DNA of 44,370 nucleotides from an uncultured Candidatus Saccharibacteria bacterium (GTDB lineage Bacteria; Patescibacteriota; Saccharimonadia; Saccharimonadales; Saccharimonadaceae), in contig CAUPXC010000001.1 of the NCBI GenBank assembly GCA_963514965.1, positions 1 through 44,370 of the forward strand, read 5' to 3'. The notes under the pieces were generated by a model. That model had not been told where the DNA came from and made no database searches. It worked only from the letters and a program-made list of their open reading frames with translations. This document shows, one piece after another, positions 1-9,278 of the stretch. Numbering within the stretch: the stretch's first letter is position 1; each line of letters begins with the position of its first letter. Position numbers and translations under genes: made by a program.

Positions 1-610
1 AGGCCGGTTCTTTCTCGGCGTTGGCGATGGCGGTGCGGAGGGCAGATAGGTCAGGACGAAGGGCGTCAAGTTTTGCTTGCAGAGCTGCTTTGGCAGCGTT
101 GAGTTCGGCAACAGAAGCACCGGCGTTGGCGGCGACCTGCTCTGCTTGGGTAGCTTGTGCAGCTACGGCGTCCTTGGTTTCTTGGGACATGCCGGCAGTA
201 GTTGCTGGGTCTTTGGCCTTGGTTATCAGGGCGGAGAGAGCGTTGCGAGCAGCGGTGACGTTAGCGGTTACCTGGTTGAGGCGATCCTGGAAAGCTTGCT
301 TCTTAGCTGGGTCTTGGACGGCAGCTACCTTGGCGTTGGCGCTGGTAACATCGTCTGGATCCTGGTTGTGTTCAGCCTGAGCAACTGCTTGTTCAGCGGC
401 TGTCTGGGCGTCTGCTTCTTTCTTCTTGGCGTTAGTTACTGCCGTGTTGAGGTCGTTGGCTGCTTTCTGGATGGCAGTAGCAGCTGGGTTTGGTTGCTTC
501 TCTACTTCTTTGGCTTTGGCGAGAGCTTGCTTGACGGTAGCGTCATTGGTAATGTAGGCCGGTTCTTTCTCGGCGTTGGCGATGGCGGTGCGGAGGGCAG
601 ATAGGTCAGG
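1..610. repeat. Intragenic direct repeat: 1-55 identical to 556-610, implying a 555-bp (185-aa) repeat unit
   Basis: aggccggttctttctcggcgttggcgatggcggtgcggagggcagataggtcagg occurs at 1-55 and 556-610; both copies encode PDLSALRTAIANAEKEPA. Confidence 0.9.
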
Positions 611-3600
611 CTTTGGCAGTGTTGCAGTCACGTGTAGTGTTCCAGAGAAAGCAAACGGCTTACCATTGATAGTTATTTGCTTATTCCAGTTAGCCTGCAG
701 TGCGTGCGGCTGCCCGTCATATATTGGCGCTGCGACTTTTAATTTACCGCTTACTTCATTGACCAAAGTAGCTGTATTTTCAATAGTAACTGGTGCGCCA
801 GAGGCATCCTTTAATGGTGAGTTAAATACCTCAGACTCAGTAGCCATACTACCTTGCTGGTTTTCTAGCTTCAAAGAGGTGAGGCGATTTAAGCCGGCCA
901 AAGGCTGTGCATTCATGACCGTACTATAGTCTAACCGCAGTTCAGTAAGTTGAGTCATTCGTCCAATTGCAGTAATCTCATCCTCGCTCAATTGTCCCCC
1001 AGTCAAGCGCAAAGAGGTCAGAGCTGGAGCACCAACAAGAGATTGAGCATTGACAACTTTAGTCTTTCGACCATAGTCATAGAAAGAAATTTTCTTTAAT
1101 GAGTTCTTACTACCTGCAAATGTTGATAGGTCTAACGTCTGATTGGTACCGCTCATCGAGATTTGCTCGAGCTTGTTCAGAGACGACAAAGGACTATAGT
1201 TCGCAACAACATTTTCCGACAAGTTCACACTACGCAGCTCAGACAAGCCAGCCAGCGGTTGGATATCAGCAACCTTGTTGCCTGACAGCTGTAATGCGCG
1301 CAGTTTAGTTAGGCCAGAGAGCGGCTGTAAATTGGTAATTGCGTGATTGCCAAGTGATAGTTCAGTCGCATTTTTAGCGTACTCCAGACCAGTCAAATCC
1401 TTAATCCTCTGGTCTTCCGTGATATTGCCAGTATTATCGACATACATGCGATCAATGGTTAGCATTTCTTGAGCAGTAATCGCTTGAGTATCGCTGCGGG
1501 CTTTTCCTGATATTTCAGCTAACCTCTTGTTCAACAACTGGCGCAACCTGGCATCAGGGATATTAACACCCTGCGCTGCCGGAGGTTGTGGAGGTGTCGG
1601 AGAATTGGTTGAGTCCATGTAGGCATTTACTAAAGCACCTCGGTTTACTGCCACGCCAGGTTTCACGTACTGACCGCTCGGGTCAATTGCCGATGCAACC
1701 TCAGCTGACAGTGGCTTACCTGAGCTAATCGCTGGACTGCCTGGCTTCAAGTTGTAGTTACTCTTGCGATAGTCAGTGTTCTGTTCAGCTTCTTTGATGA
1801 AGTATGGGTTATTGGCACGTGTACCAAACAGATCAAGAGAATGTGCGTCACGACCATCAATTGACGACCGAACGCGACTGTCCTTGGCGATGTCTTTCAC
1901 GTTGGCAAACAGAATATCAAGACGATTCGGCACATCCGCTAAGTCCCAGGTCATAATCGTGCCTTCATTTTGCAAACTGCTGCGGTAGTAGGCGTTGTAG
2001 TCAAAGCCTTTGAACATGTCATTGGTATAGGTGCCAGGACCAGTATGGTTCGGCCCACCAGTACTTCTGACAGGGTAGGACCAAAGTGGCGCGCCAGTGT
2101 CACCAGAAATGACTGCGCGAGAGGAAATGATGTTATTGTACATCTCCAGGCCAGTCAGATTCCAACTCAAACCTTTACCAGCAGACCATGATTCAAGCGA
2201 TTTACAAATTTGTGGGTTGTGAGCATCTCGCTCATTACAACCGTCCGTACGAGCATCCTCATTTAGCATGATCGGTCGGTTAGTTCGAGAGATGGTGTTG
2301 TTGTACACTTTGGAATTTGAACTACTTGAGACGCTAACACCAGCACCCGAGCCTTCAATGATGTTTGACGCGATGATCGTACCGTCTGAAACCTCATCAA
2401 AGATCGCGGTAGTTGTGTTGATGAAGAAGTTATTGACGATTTTCGCCTTAATACAACCTTCATCGCACCAGACACCTGCTGTACCATTGCGCACATAATA
2501 GTCATTGCCGGTTGAAGCAGGATTCTTTGAGTTATCAACCACATTACCTCGGAACGTAAAGTTCTCAATGTGCGTCACTTTTATCTCAGAAACAGTACAC
2601 CATGCCAAACAGACTGAACCATTGGTCAGATAATTTGCTGCGTTATTCTCTGTAAAGATGTTATTTTCAAATGTTGTATTGTGTGCACGGTTAGCTCCTG
2701 CACCATTACCACCATTTCCGATAAATTTGTTATTAACTATGCGCGCACCTTGTGCATCAGTATTGAAACCGACTGAGGAGCTTTGCGTAAAGATAGAGTC
2801 TTGGACGACTGAGCCACGACCATTTACCACGATCATACTGGTCCCAACCTGATCTTCGGCCAAGTCACGATCCCAAGACCAACTCTGTACTGGTGAGTAC
2901 TGTGCAACATTGATAGCTTTCATCGTGAAATTAGAGCCATCATCAGCCTGACGACCACCAACAGAGAAAGCGCGTGCTCGGTTGGTAATCTCTGTAGTAC
3001 CGCTAGATGGGTCAGAGCCAACATAATATGTCAAATCATCTTCTGTGCCGACGTTAAAGCCTGCGCGATTGTTGGTAGGGTCTTTTAGGGTAGTTGGATT
3101 CTTGTCTTCAACATAGAATTTACCAGGGCCAACCTTGCTTTTTGCATCGACTTGTTCCAGTGGTTGATCGTCGATAAACATCTGCTCTGGGTAAGCAGCC
3201 ATACCTTCTTTGGATGGGTTGGGGTTGACCGTACAAACACGACAGAAATTACGGAATTTACCCGTAGTCTTCCACATGTTGCCTTCTTTAGTCCATCGAT
3301 CTGCCGATACAATATCGCTACCCTTCATCCAGACTTCAGCATGAGGGGCAGCCTGGAAGGTAATATTTTTCTTCGTGACAAAGAAATGAGGCTCTCGGTA
3401 AGCACCGCTCTTGGCTACAACCGTTCCTCCATCAGAAACGGCCTGTAAGCCTCGCCTAAAGGTCGCGAACGGTCGCGCTTCGGTACCATTCCCGGAATTG
3501 TCATTACCATCTGGCGAAATCCATGCCACATTGGTTGTCGGCACTGGATAATTGGTATCCATCGCTTTATATTTTTTGTGGACACTAGCCGCTTGTACCA

Positions 3601-3706
3601 TAAATGGATGTGTCAAAACTAACGCAAACACCATCACCACTGCAGCTGCTGGTATTGCTATCTTGGCGACACGTTGATTCCTTCTTGATATACGAAGACG
3701 TACCAT
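1..3706 (-). CDS. Large secreted/surface protein, 3'-truncated by the window edge (>=1235 aa): signal/TM segment, parallel beta-helix (pectin-lyase-like), internalin-type LRRs, Ala-rich helical repeats
   Basis: Not in the ORF track because no stop falls inside the window. Manual translation from ATG 3706: MVRLRISRRNQRVAKIAIPAAAVVMVFALVL...WISPDGNDNSGNGTEARPFATF (beta-helix cap)...NYNLKPGSPAISSG...VNIPDARLRQLL...IKDLTGLEYAKNATELSLGNHAITNLQPLSGLTKLRALQLSGNKVADIQPLAGL (LRR)...PDLSALRTAIANAEKEPA. Frame is consistent at 3706, 1618 and 4. Confidence 0.9.
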   Translation of the reverse strand, partial: MVRLRISRRNQRVAKIAIPAAAVVMVFALVLTHPFMVQAASVHKKYKAMDTNYPVPTTNVAWISPDGNDNSGNGTEARPFATFRRGLQAVSDGGTVVAKSGAYREPHFFVTKKNITFQAAPHAEVWMKGSDIVSADRWTKEGNMWKTTGKFRNFCRVCTVNPNPSKEGMAAYPEQMFIDDQPLEQVDAKSKVGPGKFYVEDKNPTTLKDPTNNRAGFNVGTEDDLTYYVGSDPSSGTTEITNRARAFSVGGRQADDGSNFTMKAINVAQYSPVQSWSWDRDLAEDQVGTSMIVVNGRGSVVQDSIFTQSSSVGFNTDAQGARIVNNKFIGNGGNGAGANRAHNTTFENNIFTENNAANYLTNGSVCLAWCTVSEIKVTHIENFTFRGNVVDNSKNPASTGNDYYVRNGTAGVWCDEGCIKAKIVNNFFINTTTAIFDEVSDGTIIASNIIEGSGAGVSVSSSSNSKVYNNTISRTNRPIMLNEDARTDGCNERDAHNPQICKSLESWSAGKGLSWNLTGLEMYNNIISSRAVISGDTGAPLWSYPVRSTGGPNHTGPGTYTNDMFKGFDYNAYYRSSLQNEGTIMTWDLADVPNRLDILFANVKDIAKDSRVRSSIDGRDAHSLDLFGTRANNPYFIKEAEQNTDYRKSNYNLKPGSPAISSGKPLSAEVASAIDPSGQYVKPGVAVNRGALVNAYMDSTNSPTPPQPPAAQGVNIPDARLRQLLNKRLAEISGKARSDTQAITAQEMLTIDRMYVDNTGNITEDQRIKDLTGLEYAKNATELSLGNHAITNLQPLSGLTKLRALQLSGNKVADIQPLAGLSELRSVNLSENVVANYSPLSSLNKLEQISMSGTNQTLDLSTFAGSKNSLKKISFYDYGRKTKVVNAQSLVGAPALTSLRLTGGQLSEDEITAIGRMTQLTELRLDYSTVMNAQPLAGLNRLTSLKLENQQGSMATESEVFNSPLKDASGAPVTIENTATLVNEVSGKLKVAAPIYDGQPHALQANWNKQITINGKPFAFSGTLHVTATLPKPDLSALRTAIANAEKEPAYITNDATVKQALAKAKEVEKQPNPAATAIQKAANDLNTAVTNAKKKEADAQTAAEQAVAQAEHNQDPDDVTSANAKVAAVQDPAKKQAFQDRLNQVTANVTAARNALSALITKAKDPATTAGMSQETKDAVAAQATQAEQVAANAGASVAELNAAKAALQAKLDALRPDLSALRTAIANAEKEPA

Positions 3707-3756
3707 CCCTATTTTTCCCCTCTCCTCAGTTGTGTGTATTAAAACTACCTGCCACC

Positions 3757-3786
3757 AGTGTAGCATGAGCGATTTCGTCCTGTCAA
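3757..3786 (-). promoter_or_regulatory. Sigma70 promoter for the large surface protein
   Basis: Minus strand TTGACA (3786-3781), 18 nt spacer, extended -10 TGcTACACT (hexamer 3762-3757). Confidence 0.65.
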
Positions 3787-3787
3787 A

Positions 3788-3816
3788 TTGTCAACTACTG
3801 TTTTTTGTCCTATAAT
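3788..3816 (+). promoter_or_regulatory. Sigma70 promoter for dedA, divergent and back-to-back with the previous promoter
   Basis: TTGTCA 3788-3793, 17 nt spacer, TATAAT 3811-3816; ATG follows 8 nt later. Confidence 0.75.
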
Positions 3817-3824
3817 GATTATCC

Positions 3825-4499
3825 ATGATGCACGCTTTTGTAGACTTTATTATTCACTTTGGCATTATCGCCGTTTTATTTGTTGTATTCGCCGAGTCAG
3901 GTCTATTGTTTGGGTTTATTTTCCCTGGCGATAGCCTGCTATTCACTGCTGGCTATATGGTACAACAACACATTTTGCCAATCGACATTTCGATATTCGT
4001 ACTTTTACTTATCATCGCAGCCATTGCCGGAGACTCAGTCGGTTACACCTTCGGTCACAAGGTAGGCCGAAAATTATTTGAGCGAAAGAACTCGCGCTTA
4101 TTCAAACGTAAGTATCTCATCCAAGCTGAGAAGTTTTATGAAAAACATGGCGCTATCACGGTGATCCTAGCGCGATTTGTACCAATTGTGCGCACATTCG
4201 CCCCGATCGTAGCTGGCGCAGGCAAGATGCGTTATCAAACTTTCTTATTGTTTAATATCATTGGCGGCGTCTTATGGGCGTCGCTATTTACCTACCTGGG
4301 CTTCTTTGCTGGCAAAGCCCTGACTGAAGCTGGCATCAACGTCGAGGTTGCTGCCCTGATCATCATTTTCCTGTCAGTCCTGCCGATGGTCATTCACGCG
4401 CTCAAACAAGAATCCACCAAAGCAGCCATCAAAAAACAATTGTCTGTTCTGTTTTCAAAGAACAAACAGCCGAAGTCGGCTACTAAAAAGCGCAAATAA
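3825..4499 (+). CDS. dedA: DedA/VTT family membrane protein
   Basis: FAESGLLFGFIFPGDSLLFTAG, GDSVGY, ARFVPIVRTFAPIVAG motifs. Confidence 0.93.
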   Translation: MMHAFVDFIIHFGIIAVLFVVFAESGLLFGFIFPGDSLLFTAGYMVQQHILPIDISIFVLLLIIAAIAGDSVGYTFGHKVGRKLFERKNSRLFKRKYLIQAEKFYEKHGAITVILARFVPIVRTFAPIVAGAGKMRYQTFLLFNIIGGVLWASLFTYLGFFAGKALTEAGINVEVAALIIIFLSVLPMVIHALKQESTKAAIKKQLSVLFSKNKQPKSATKKRK

Positions 4500-4523
4500 C
4501 ATTCTTGCATCTAACGAGGCTGT

Positions 4524-7340
4524 CTATTTCAACAGCGGCTTGAGGTACTTACCGGTAAATGACTCTGTGTTCTTGGTAATGTCTTCTGGCGTTCCGCTAG
4601 CAACCACCGTACCGCCACCCATACCACCTTCTGGACCCATGTCGATGATCCAGTCTGCTGACTTGATAACATCCAAATTATGCTCAATCACGATCATACT
4701 GTTTCCACCTTCAACGAGTTTATGCAAAATCCCCAACAGCCGCTTAACATCAGCCGAATGCAGCCCGGTGGTTGGTTCATCCAAAATATACATAGTTTTG
4801 CCTGTTGATCGTTTTGATAATTCAGTCGCTAATTTGATGCGCTGCGCTTCCCCGCCAGAGAAGGTAGTGGCTGGCTGACCCAGACGAATATAACCCAAGC
4901 CAACTTCCACCAACGTCTCAAGTTTTCGATGAATAGATGGAATACTGTCAAAGAATTCGGCCGCTTGCTCTACTGTCATTTCCAACACATCAGAAATAGT
5001 GCGTCCTTTGTAGGTAATTTCCAACGCTTCACGGTTGTACCGCTTACCTTTACACTCGTCACACATCACATACACATCTGGCAAAAAGTGCATTTCAATT
5101 TTTATCACACCATCACCCTGACAATTCTCACATCGGCCACCCTTGACATTAAAACTAAATCGGCCTGCCTTGTAGCCACGAACGTTAGCTTCTGGCGTGG
5201 CAGCAAATAATTCACGAATTGGCGTAAAAATACCCGTGTAGGTGGCTGGGTTGGAACGCGGTGTGCGACCAATTGGCGACTGGTCGATGACGATGGCTTT
5301 GTCTAGCAGTTTAATGCCGTCAATGCGGTCGTGCTTGCCTGGCACCGCTTGAGACCGGTTGAGGCGAGCTGCCAGCTCCCTCGCCACAATGTCATTAACC
5401 AAGGTTGACTTACCACTACCAGACACACCAGACACCACCGTCATTAATCCCAAAGGAAACGCCACGTCAATATTTTTCAAATTATTTTCCTGAGCACCAC
5501 GCACTATGAGCTGCTGATCTTGATTTGGCTTCCTGCGCTTTTTTGGTACTGCAATTTTCTCTACACCACTCAAGTACCGACCGGTGATGCTGTCTGGATT
5601 TTTCGCTACTTCCTCAGGCGCTCCCATGGCGACGATTTGCCCACCCTTTGAGCCAGCCCCTGGCCCCATGTCGACCAAAAAGTCACTTTGACGAATGGTA
5701 TCTTCATCATGCTCCACTACCAGCACCGTATTACCAAGATCACGCAAGCGCTTCAGAGTATCAATCAATCTATCATTATCTCGCTGGTGCAACCCAATGG
5801 ATGGCTCGTCCAGAACATACAGCACCCCCTGCAAACCGGAACCAATTTGCGTAGCCAGCCGAATGCGCTGAGCTTCTCCACCGCTCAAGGTGTTAGCTGC
5901 TCGGCCCAGCTCCAGATAGTTCAAACCAACATTACTCATGAAGCCCAACCGCGCGTTGATCTCCTTTAATATCAGCCGCGCGATCATCGTTTCCTGTTCC
6001 GTCAACTTCAGCTTGCGAGTAAACAAATCCAACGCATCGTCAACGCCCAAATCACAAATATCAACAATATTCAGCCCATGAACCGTCACCGCCAAGACCA
6101 CTGGCTTGAGACGAGCGCCTTTACAAAGATAACAGGCTCGTTCGCGCATAAATCGTTCAATGTCTTTACGCATAAATTCGCTGTCAGTCTCACGATGTCG
6201 ACGCTCCAGATTCGGAATAACTCCCTCGTAAGTCGTATCATAATGCCGGCCATTACCAAGCTCAATGCGATATTTCTGCGCCCCCGTGCCGTACAAAATT
6301 TTCTGCTTAGCCTCATTTGACAGTTTCTTAACAGGAGTTCGCATACTAAAATCATGAGCTTCTGCAACAGCTATGATTTTTTTCATATAGAAATTGTCGA
6401 CATTGACGCGGTTGTACGGTCTGATGGCGCCTTCGGCGATGGTCAAATTGTCATTAAACACCAACTCTGGGTCAATTTCCATGCGACTACCCAAACCAGT
6501 GCAGCTTGGACAGGCTCCCTGTGGTGCATTAAAACTAAACAACCGCGGTTCCAGCTCTGGAATATCTTCTTCAGGGTGATCAACACACGCATATCTCTGA
6601 GAAAACGTCCGCACCTGATCATCATCAGCGTCCAATACTTCGACAATTCCCTGGCCCAATTCTAACGCTTGCTCAACACTCTGAGACAAGCGACCAGCCA
6701 ATTCACTGGTTAATGCCAAACGGTCAACTACCAGCTCAATTGAGTGCTTATAGCTCTTTTGCAATTCCGGAAACTCATCCAGGGCGTACACCACACCATC
6801 AACCCTGACGCGAGCATAACCCAATCGACGGTATTGCTCAGGAATGTGCGCAAATTCACCTTTTTTATTTTTGACGATTGGCGCCAATAGTAAAATCCGG
6901 CGTCCGTCGTACTGCTTGATGATTTCTTGAATAATGGTTTCAGTGGTACGTCGCGAGACTTCTTTGCCACAAATTGGGCAGTGTGGCACACCAATGCGCG
7001 CAAACAACAATCGCAAATAGTCGTAAATCTCAGTCACCGTCGCTACCGTTGAGCGTGGATTGCGGCTGGTTGATTTTTGGTCAATCGAAATAGCTGGACT
7101 CAAGCCATCGATGCTATCAACATCAGGCTTATCCATCGTTCCCAAAAACTGCCGAGCATACGAGTTCAAGCTCTCCATATAACGGCGCTGACCCTCAGCA
7201 TAAATCGTATCAAACGCCAGACTTGACTTACCCGAACCACTCAGACCAGTGATAACCACAAACTTATCACGCGGCAATTCCACGCTGACATTTTTCAGAT
7301 TGTGCTCGCGAGCACCTTTAACTCGAATAACCTCCGGCAT
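4524..7340 (-). CDS. uvrA: Excinuclease ABC subunit A; start corrected to [17 protein letters not shown]
   Basis: Two ABC cassettes ([28 protein letters not shown]), zinc-finger Cys pairs; TATAAT 9 nt upstream of ATG 7340. Confidence 0.97.
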   Translation of the reverse strand: MPEVIRVKGAREHNLKNVSVELPRDKFVVITGLSGSGKSSLAFDTIYAEGQRRYMESLNSYARQFLGTMDKPDVDSIDGLSPAISIDQKSTSRNPRSTVATVTEIYDYLRLLFARIGVPHCPICGKEVSRRTTETIIQEIIKQYDGRRILLLAPIVKNKKGEFAHIPEQYRRLGYARVRVDGVVYALDEFPELQKSYKHSIELVVDRLALTSELAGRLSQSVEQALELGQGIVEVLDADDDQVRTFSQRYACVDHPEEDIPELEPRLFSFNAPQGACPSCTGLGSRMEIDPELVFNDNLTIAEGAIRPYNRVNVDNFYMKKIIAVAEAHDFSMRTPVKKLSNEAKQKILYGTGAQKYRIELGNGRHYDTTYEGVIPNLERRHRETDSEFMRKDIERFMRERACYLCKGARLKPVVLAVTVHGLNIVDICDLGVDDALDLFTRKLKLTEQETMIARLILKEINARLGFMSNVGLNYLELGRAANTLSGGEAQRIRLATQIGSGLQGVLYVLDEPSIGLHQRDNDRLIDTLKRLRDLGNTVLVVEHDEDTIRQSDFLVDMGPGAGSKGGQIVAMGAPEEVAKNPDSITGRYLSGVEKIAVPKKRRKPNQDQQLIVRGAQENNLKNIDVAFPLGLMTVVSGVSGSGKSTLVNDIVARELAARLNRSQAVPGKHDRIDGIKLLDKAIVIDQSPIGRTPRSNPATYTGIFTPIRELFAATPEANVRGYKAGRFSFNVKGGRCENCQGDGVIKIEMHFLPDVYVMCDECKGKRYNREALEITYKGRTISDVLEMTVEQAAEFFDSIPSIHRKLETLVEVGLGYIRLGQPATTFSGGEAQRIKLATELSKRSTGKTMYILDEPTTGLHSADVKRLLGILHKLVEGGNSMIVIEHNLDVIKSADWIIDMGPEGGMGGGTVVASGTPEDITKNTESFTGKYLKPLLK

Positions 7341-7462
7341 AGCCGCTCTATTATACCGGTTTTTTATCTTTTTTTCCAGACATTGCCTAAATATTGGGTT
7401 ATATATCACCATATATTGCTTATGATTGCAAGTCAAGCTTTTATCTGTTACAGTTACAATAT

Positions 7463-7846
7463 ATGCGAAGGTTGAGTGTTTACTTACTGCTAATTATTGG
7501 TGCGGTTTTCATCACACCGATACTTTTTGACCAGCTTTGTATGTTCGTGTTTCTTGGCAAGCTTCCGTTTTTGAACGTTAATTTGTCAGCTACTTCCATG
7601 ATCGTTTTCTGGCTCGCCCTTGTGCCAATCTGCCGCATTTTGCGAGCAGCCATCCCAGTATCATTTGACGATATCAAAGAACTCATCCAATACATTTCCC
7701 GAAAACGCCTCAACAACAGCATGTTGTACCAGAGCCATGATCTAACCTTGCTATTTGTCTATCTGGCGCATGAAGCCGAGAAAGCCGAAATCAGCGAGCC
7801 AAACGCCCGCGTAAGCGCCCAAAAGCTTGCTCCATCTTTGACCTAA
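7463..7846 (+). CDS. Hypothetical membrane protein, ~127 aa with two hydrophobic segments
   Basis: Fills the gap between uvrA and sbcB. Likely start [13 protein letters not shown] at 7463; stop overlaps the convergent sbcB stop. Confidence 0.6.
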   Translation: MRRLSVYLLLIIGAVFITPILFDQLCMFVFLGKLPFLNVNLSATSMIVFWLALVPICRILRAAIPVSFDDIKELIQYISRKRLNNSMLYQSHDLTLLFVYLAHEAEKAEISEPNARVSAQKLAPSLT

Positions 7847-9255
7847 ACGATAGGCAGCACCGCCTCCGCCCACAACTGTAGTTCCTGTAAAATGAACTGC
7901 TGTTCGTCAGTTGCTGTCGGCGCTAGACGCTGCAGAGACGCCATAAATTGTGGTAGTTGCGCCTGCAGGCGCTGCGCCCGCCATGCTTCCCACTGCGCCA
8001 AATCATCTTCACTGAGTGACCGCGGAAAGTTACGGGCTTTGTAGTGCAGCAGTAGTGGCGCCAACCGCTCGTCCTGAAACTCTGGATGAAAATCAGCCAG
8101 CTCACGCTCATCAGCATTGCGCACCGCTTCTACCCGCAAGCGGTCACGGTCGTTCAAAAAGCCATCATATAACTGTGCTTCTGGGTCAGGCAATTTCTTA
8201 AATGCTGGCTTATTTTCAAAAATACCACGCAATTTTTCAGCAAAATCTGGATATTTCAACAACATATCTTGATGCTTCTGTACCGTCGCCAAATCAAGCG
8301 AAATTTTCTGCCAGCCATCACCCTGTTCCAGCACACCCAGCGGTGCCACTGCTGGACAACGATTGTACTGTAATTCTTTGACTGGTAGTTTAACGAAATC
8401 CTCAGCTTGCCGCTCCTCCCAGGAAGCAAAGATTTTCTTGGCCAACTCCTCTTGGCTCAGCCCAACAAACGGCGTCGGATCATAACGTAGGTCATAGACA
8501 ACCACACCGCCATTTCGACTGGTCGTCAGTGGAAAGGCCACTGTAGTTTTAGCAAACTCTTTGTCGTAACGCCCGCTGGCATAGACAAACGGTTTTTTAT
8601 CGTCCATATTAACCAGCTGCTGGACTACTTTTTTGTCGCGCATCTTCAGCAAATAATCATACAGCTGCGGCTGTTTTTGCTTGATCAATTTCGTCACGGC
8701 AATCAGCGCCGTCACATCCGCTAAAGCATCGTGAGCATTTTCGTGCGCAATACCGTTGGCGCTGGTGATGAGCTCCAGGCGGTTGCTTGGCTCACCTTTA
8801 GTATCAAGTGGCCACTTGATCCCCTCTGGCCTGAGTGCCCTGGTCAGTCGCACTACATCGAGCATATCCCAACGCGATCGACCATCTCTCCAGCTCCATT
8901 CGTACGGGTCATGAAAATTACGCCACAATAAATGGCGAATGAACTCATCGTCAAATCGAATATTATTAAAGCCAACCGCAATAGTATCCGGCGTGAAAAT
9001 CTCCTCGCTGAGCATCCGCGCAAACTGCGCCTCAGTGTAGCCTTCCTCGACCGTTTTTTGCGGCGTGATACCAGTCACCATCAGCGCGTCAGGGCTCGGC
9101 AAAGTATCATCGTTCAGCGTCACCAGCAGATTATACGGCTCGCCAATCGGTTCGAGATTCATGTCTGTCCGCTGCCCCGCAAACTGCATGATGCGGTCTT
9201 GTCGCGAGTTTAGTCCGCTAGTTTCGAGGTCGTAGAAGAAAAATGTTTGCGCCAT
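7843..9255 (-). CDS. sbcB: Exodeoxyribonuclease I
   Basis: FFFYDLETSG, GFNNIRFDDE, AHDALADV DEDDh motifs; EAQLYDGF and YKARNFP C-terminal ExoI motifs. Confidence 0.95.
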   Translation of the reverse strand: MAQTFFFYDLETSGLNSRQDRIMQFAGQRTDMNLEPIGEPYNLLVTLNDDTLPSPDALMVTGITPQKTVEEGYTEAQFARMLSEEIFTPDTIAVGFNNIRFDDEFIRHLLWRNFHDPYEWSWRDGRSRWDMLDVVRLTRALRPEGIKWPLDTKGEPSNRLELITSANGIAHENAHDALADVTALIAVTKLIKQKQPQLYDYLLKMRDKKVVQQLVNMDDKKPFVYASGRYDKEFAKTTVAFPLTTSRNGGVVVYDLRYDPTPFVGLSQEELAKKIFASWEERQAEDFVKLPVKELQYNRCPAVAPLGVLEQGDGWQKISLDLATVQKHQDMLLKYPDFAEKLRGIFENKPAFKKLPDPEAQLYDGFLNDRDRLRVEAVRNADERELADFHPEFQDERLAPLLLHYKARNFPRSLSEDDLAQWEAWRAQRLQAQLPQFMASLQRLAPTATDEQQFILQELQLWAEAVLPIV

Positions 9256-9278
9256 ACCTATAGTATAGCAGAAAGGGT

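Noticed and set aside
1..610. 55-bp direct repeat as a CRISPR repeat or att site
   Set aside because: In-frame coding repeat with 555-bp spacing; no spacers, cas or integrase genes.
21..929. Plus-strand ORFs 21-380, 77-604 and 576-929, two sharing the N-terminus MAMAVRRADRSG
   Set aside because: Antisense shadows of the large minus-strand gene; the shared start reflects the 555-bp repeat.
7341..7462. Possible SOS/LexA box upstream of uvrA (ATATAT-CACC-ATATAT)
   Set aside because: Matches neither GAAC-N4-GTTC nor CTGT-N8-ACAG; an AT-only palindrome is expected by chance.
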